Source: Dimargaris cristalligena (taxonomy: Eukaryota). Taken from it: a DNA stretch of 56,829 bases. Made by a program: the position numbers and the translations under genes. The notes beneath the pieces were generated by a model. That model was not told the DNA's origin. It saw only the letters and a program-made list of their open reading frames with translations, and ran no database searches. The number at the start of each line of letters is the position of its first letter. The first letter of the stretch is position 1. Below, in pieces: positions 51,832-56,829 of the stretch. Location of the stretch: positions 1 to 56,829 of the forward strand of contig ML002255.1 in the NCBI GenBank assembly GCA_003614675.1, in the 5' to 3' direction.

Positions 51832-53128
51832 CTATTATTTTCCTTTAACAGTGTCTCGAAGCAATAGAATCCCCGTAGGGAGAGAGACCCACCATCCCCC
51901 TTGTTTATTACACTATCCTCCCACTACTCTTCCCAGCATTTCTTTTTCCTCCGACGTTTAATAATATCTTGATCATGATAGCTAGTATATCTCGTATTCT
52001 CTTACACCCCTCGACTGTAACCTCGTAATCATCCGATCTACCCTTCCTTTGAGGAAGACCATCCATTCTTGTTAATTGTTTTTATTTTTATTATTTTCAA
52101 AGTCTACAATTTCATAATCTATATTACACACTTCATTCCATCCGTTTTTATCTCTTTTTTTAACAAACCACTTCTCTTTACCCTGTGTTATATACCTCTC
52201 ATACTCTGCTTGTTTTTATGGTTTATTCTTGTCTGATTCGCGCTTGTTATTCTCCAATCCATTAATTATTCTTCTTATAAATACTCACTTACTCTCATCC
52301 GTCAGATATGGAATACCTCCCGATTCCTTTGTGGTATATAATATTTCAGTATCTCTGGTTGGCTGTGGTGGTTGTTTTGAAGGGTGGAGACTTATTGGAC
52401 CTATGGACTAACAGGCCGATAGCCCTAGGCCCCCGAATTAACCCAATGCTACGTATCACTCGATTTCAAATAACAATATAGATTTAGTGTAGTGCAGAGC
52501 ACTAAATGTGCTTAGAATTTTTCAGTTGTGGCCGTATGTCGGATTCTGCTCCGTATCCCGTTAGATCTGCGAAGATAACCTCCGATCAGTTAATTTAGTA
52601 CTGAGGTGGGTGACCACTTGGGAATAGTTAATGCTACAACTTTTTGATTTATAATTCTTTTGCGAGCTCTGATGGTGATGGATTGGAGGACTAAATTATA
52701 CTCTGTATGAGATTAGATAATACTTTCCTGGACCACTGGTCATTTTATAACAGGGATTACATGGCTATTGTAGACCTTCCCTTTTATTGAGGATTGCTGT
52801 ATAGTCCCTATCAGGGGCCCACAGTATTGGCATATGATATGCCATTTAAAAGTATATATTCTCAGCGTAACTATTTTATATGGCCCATAATTTGGTCAGA
52901 ATCTACAAGTTGGGAAATACCCTAATCATTTCCCTAGTAGCGCTCAATTTACATCCGTACCCAGCCCGGCTAATTCTTTTCCGTATGATCTAAGACTGTA
53001 ATTAATTTCGAGTCAAAGGGTTAACTTGTATCCTCCCAGGATTTCCAAAAAAAAAAAAAACAAGCAAACAATGATTCGACAGCAGTAGTAAATCATGAGT
53101 GATGCCATTGTAGGCGAAATTATCGATA

Positions 53129-53272
53129 ATATGGGAGAAGTTCATCTAAGCTATATAACGAAAAATCCATTAGATTCGGCTAATATTACTAGTTAAAAAT
53201 AAATTTCCCATATATTCTCCCATACACATATAATGTAAACCTTTATATAGCTGGGCTGAATTTCACCCATAT
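53129..53272 (-). mobile_element. 144-bp MITE-like element, copy 6 (inverted orientation)
   Basis: ATAT-GGGAGAAGTTCA...TGAATTTCACCC-ATAT; reverse complement of the other copies. Confidence 0.85.
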
Positions 53273-54658
53273 GAAGGAAGTGCGAAGGCAATTTAAATCG
53301 ATGCGATGTGGTACCAACTTATTAAGAAATTATACCTAATTTAATTAAGAAAGCAGCCTCGGTAACACAGTACATTTTATGACACTACATAAACGGAAGG
53401 TGGTTTCGATTAAGGTGATTCATGGACAACATCCAGCGCTATGGGGGCTAAAGAGATGATGCCGCCCCCTGTGATCTGAATAAAGAACTGCGGGTTTGCA
53501 ACCGAATTACCTATAGCTTCCGCCAATGGGTGACGTTTCTTAGACATTTGGGGAATATAGGTATACATGGGTGTTCAAAATAAATTTAGATGATATCGGT
53601 ATTAATTTAGTGTTGCTCGTTTAAGTAAACAGCCAAAAGAACAGCCGCATCAGTTCCTCCGATAGCAACCAGGTACTAAAGCCCGGATATATATATTAGT
53701 ATTTACATATATATTTGGAAACATAATCATGTTGCCCCCATTTATAATCCTAATTAGCGAATACGAGTTCAGAAGCCCAAGGGCAAATAACACAATCATA
53801 ACCGTTCTTTATAAAATATATATTTCGGCTTTCCAAACTAGAGTAAGCCTACAGGAGCTCTCTCATTCGGGAGGGTTTATTTCCAATATCATATTTCATT
53901 TAAAGTGGGGACCCAGTATGCATAGAATGCATTGTGATAATGAAGCCACCTAATTTGCGGTGGAGTCATGCCACGTACACCGCGACTTATAATTCTTATT
54001 TTTTCCAGGTTCGGTAATGGCTTCACCTTGTTTATGGAAGGTGGGCGAATCATCCGTATCCTTCCTTCCTCCTCAGTCCCCGAAATCATAAGTCCTATAA
54101 AACCCCAATAGCCCCAGCCCTTACCTCATTTCTCTGTACTAACTTATCCTTTTTCAACGTAGCATTAGTTTATATAATTGTTATAATGTTACTTATCCCT
54201 TAGAACTTGAGTACTATTTATATCCACAGTTCCATTCACATGCTGCCCATTGGTTTATCCGCCTATATAAGACGCGTTAAGTTACTTTATTTGGTGTATT
54301 TTACAAATTATTGTATACTTATAGCTACATATTCGTCCATATCCCGATAAACGCAGTTTCATTTCCGCTTACCGCTTAGCCTAACTTGTTGAAGTTAACA
54401 TCCGATATACCCTATTATACACCGACTACCTGGAGCTTCCATTTCCGCGAATTCCCATTATAACATTCAGCTTTCCATCTTTCCGCTCTTTTTTGGGCGC
54501 GCCTCTTTCTAGTTAGTATTTAATCTCACTTAATTCAGCTTACGGCCTCCCATTCCCGGGTTATAACGATTGGTACCTTTTTCGCGTTAATTATATACAT
54601 ATATATATTTAAGTTCATTCATTACTGAGAGCACCTTCTAGAGCAATTACTTTTTTGC

Positions 54659-55633
54659 ATGTCCCCTTCCATCCCCGGTATTTCCCAATCCGAGATGAGT
54701 GATTCGGAGAAAAATCCCGTATCCCCCGTCGTCGTCGTCGCCGTCGCCGACAGCCAGCACCCAGTCCCCTCTTCCCGGGAGGCCGACGAACCCGTGGGAA
54801 ATTTACCGATCCCTTCCCAAGTGGAATACACCGTTTCCGTTAAGACGGAGGTGCCTTCTCCCGCCCTGCCTACCTCGGCCCCAGTAGTGTCTAGTGAGCC
54901 GCCAGCTGCGTTGTCGTCACCGCCACCACCACCACCACCGCCGCCGACTTCGTCGGCGGACCCCCCCTCTGCTCACCAGGCTCCTTACCCGCTTCCCCCC
55001 AAATCCGCGCCTACCTCGCCAACGGAAGGCACACCTCTTAATATTTCCCCGCGCTCCTCCCTTTTCCCCCATCCGCCTTCACCTTCGCTGTTTGTCCCAT
55101 CCCTACCACCCCAGCCGACGGCCGCCTCTCCCCTTCCCGATGGCTATCCTATCCCTTCCACGGCGGAACTCATTTACCGCCTCCGTTATTTCCAACGGGG
55201 GGTCGAATTGTACTTTAATGATCTGGGTCTGGTGGAGCAGCTGTACAATTGTAACTCCGACACATCGTACCTGAACTTAATTAGCCCTGCCCATGTCCGT
55301 TCGCTGTGGATGATCATTTACTTTGACGCGTGGGTACCCAACCTACAGGTGCAAGTTGTCAAGGATTTCAACCAGGGCCTGGATGTCGGCCAACGGGTTC
55401 TGGAAGCCATGCAAGACGGATCCGAGTTCAAAGGGAAAATGTCCCACTATGTGGTACTGGCCACTCCAGACGTGATGACGGGATTTAATTTACTACGGCT
55501 GTTGTATAGTCCGGATTTCCCTGAGCTTATTGAGCATCCCGACCTGGGCCCGTATGACCCGCCGGAGGAATTCGAGAGGGAAAGGGAGAGGGAGGATACT
55601 CCCGAATATTACGGGTACTGGCCAGGATGGTAA
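54659..55633 (+). CDS. Hypothetical protein (324 aa): Pro/Ser-rich N-half, globular-looking C-terminal half
   Basis: Long GC-rich ATG ORF standing out from AT-rich flanks; no family recognised. Confidence 0.65.
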   Translation: MSPSIPGISQSEMSDSEKNPVSPVVVVAVADSQHPVPSSREADEPVGNLPIPSQVEYTVSVKTEVPSPALPTSAPVVSSEPPAALSSPPPPPPPPPTSSADPPSAHQAPYPLPPKSAPTSPTEGTPLNISPRSSLFPHPPSPSLFVPSLPPQPTAASPLPDGYPIPSTAELIYRLRYFQRGVELYFNDLGLVEQLYNCNSDTSYLNLISPAHVRSLWMIIYFDAWVPNLQVQVVKDFNQGLDVGQRVLEAMQDGSEFKGKMSHYVVLATPDVMTGFNLLRLLYSPDFPELIEHPDLGPYDPPEEFEREREREDTPEYYGYWPGW

Positions 55634-56829
55634 TGTTAGACTTAGAGAAATTGCATATATATATTTTTGGACCAATTTTTAACGATGAGTTTTTTTAGAC
55701 GGAGGTTTGTAATAATCTGCTATAAATGAAATCATTTTTTAATTAAGAATAGTATGGACTAGTGGGTATAGTTGGAAGCAGTATTGGGAGATGTGTATAT
55801 AGGTTGACCTAATGCAAGGAATGCTGAACTGCCGATTGAGCTAGGTGGCAATTTACAGCCAACGCAGTCATAATAGCCAGGGTAAATGGAATATCCCTTC
55901 TAATTGAAGTTAACCCACCGAGGGGGCAGTAGGTCCTGACTATGTTCAAACTGTATACGTAAAGCATCAGCGGCTCATGATGCTACATATCTAGTCCAGC
56001 TCCTGCCCCATCTGGATTATACATCACTTTATGGTTCGGGGATAAGCTCTAAACTATACACAATTTCCTATGCCTGAAACTACCATTGTACATATATTAT
56101 TTTTAAGTTCCAATTTCTATTTTCTATATCTCCCATATTCTACTAGTGTCAGTCAAGAAACCCATGTAGCACTTTTCCGCTTTTATTTGAGTCGTGCATT
56201 GTAATGGTCCGCAAATAGAGTTCATTATAAGGCGCCAAATAATAAGAGAGGGCTGGCACCCGAACAGTTTATGAAATGCCAGTATGGCTTCGAATATGAC
56301 AATGCCGCCATTGGAATTTGTCTATAGTGATACAAGTTGTATGGAATCAAGGGGAAAGTGGTTTTTTGGTAGATGGATTTCCTAATTACAAACACTTGTG
56401 AATACCATATCATATGCTGATACTGTGGGCCCCTGACAGGTGTACTGACATGGGTCAGAATGGATTATTCTCTCTACAGGACAAACTAGCCGCAACCTTC
56501 GTTGTGTGATCCCTGCGTATCCCACAGTTACACCCTTGCATGAGTATTCGGAAGACCTATGTTGGTTAATCCTCGTCCGAAGACGAGTTCCTTTCTGCTT
56601 CCTTGTCAGTAAATGTGAATAACCCCGCCCTCGTTGATTGACCACTCCGAGACCTACGAGTGGCACCCAAGGCTTCCACGTCCATATTAATATATATATA
56701 CTGTCCACATGAGAACGTTGGAAGACCTGAGACATCCTTTATCCTCCAATTTCCATTATTTTTCTTTCCTTCCTTTTTCCGCTATTCGTTGAACTCGAAG
56801 ACCCCGCCAGTTTTTCCCTTCGCGGTTTT

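Overview
Eukaryotic, intron-containing fungal DNA (GT-AG introns, CTAAC branch points). Gene content and style suggest an early-diverging fungus such as a Zoopagomycota/Kickxellomycotina lineage, but this is inference only. Conserved genes: NBP35 (5 exons), a DsbA/FrnE-like oxidoreductase, a 4-RRM Mrn1/Nrd1-like RNA-binding protein, an RNase P Rpr2/Rpp21 subunit, a Jsn1/Puf2-like RRM+PUF protein, an SPX-RING E3 ligase, NudC and a DUF3020 protein, plus one Pro-rich hypothetical ORF. The most striking region is an accessory block (~25.5-36 kb) with three small, co-oriented genes for secreted Kex2-type prepropeptides. Two are paralogues inside a ~2.7-kb segmental duplication. They encode cationic, amphipathic, Cys-free, dermaseptin/cecropin-like mature peptides with a conserved prepro region and a hypervariable N-terminal helix. 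A heavily C-to-T mutated, CpG-free Tc1-type transposase relic lies between the duplicates, and six copies of a 144-bp ATAT-flanked MITE-like element are dispersed through the window.
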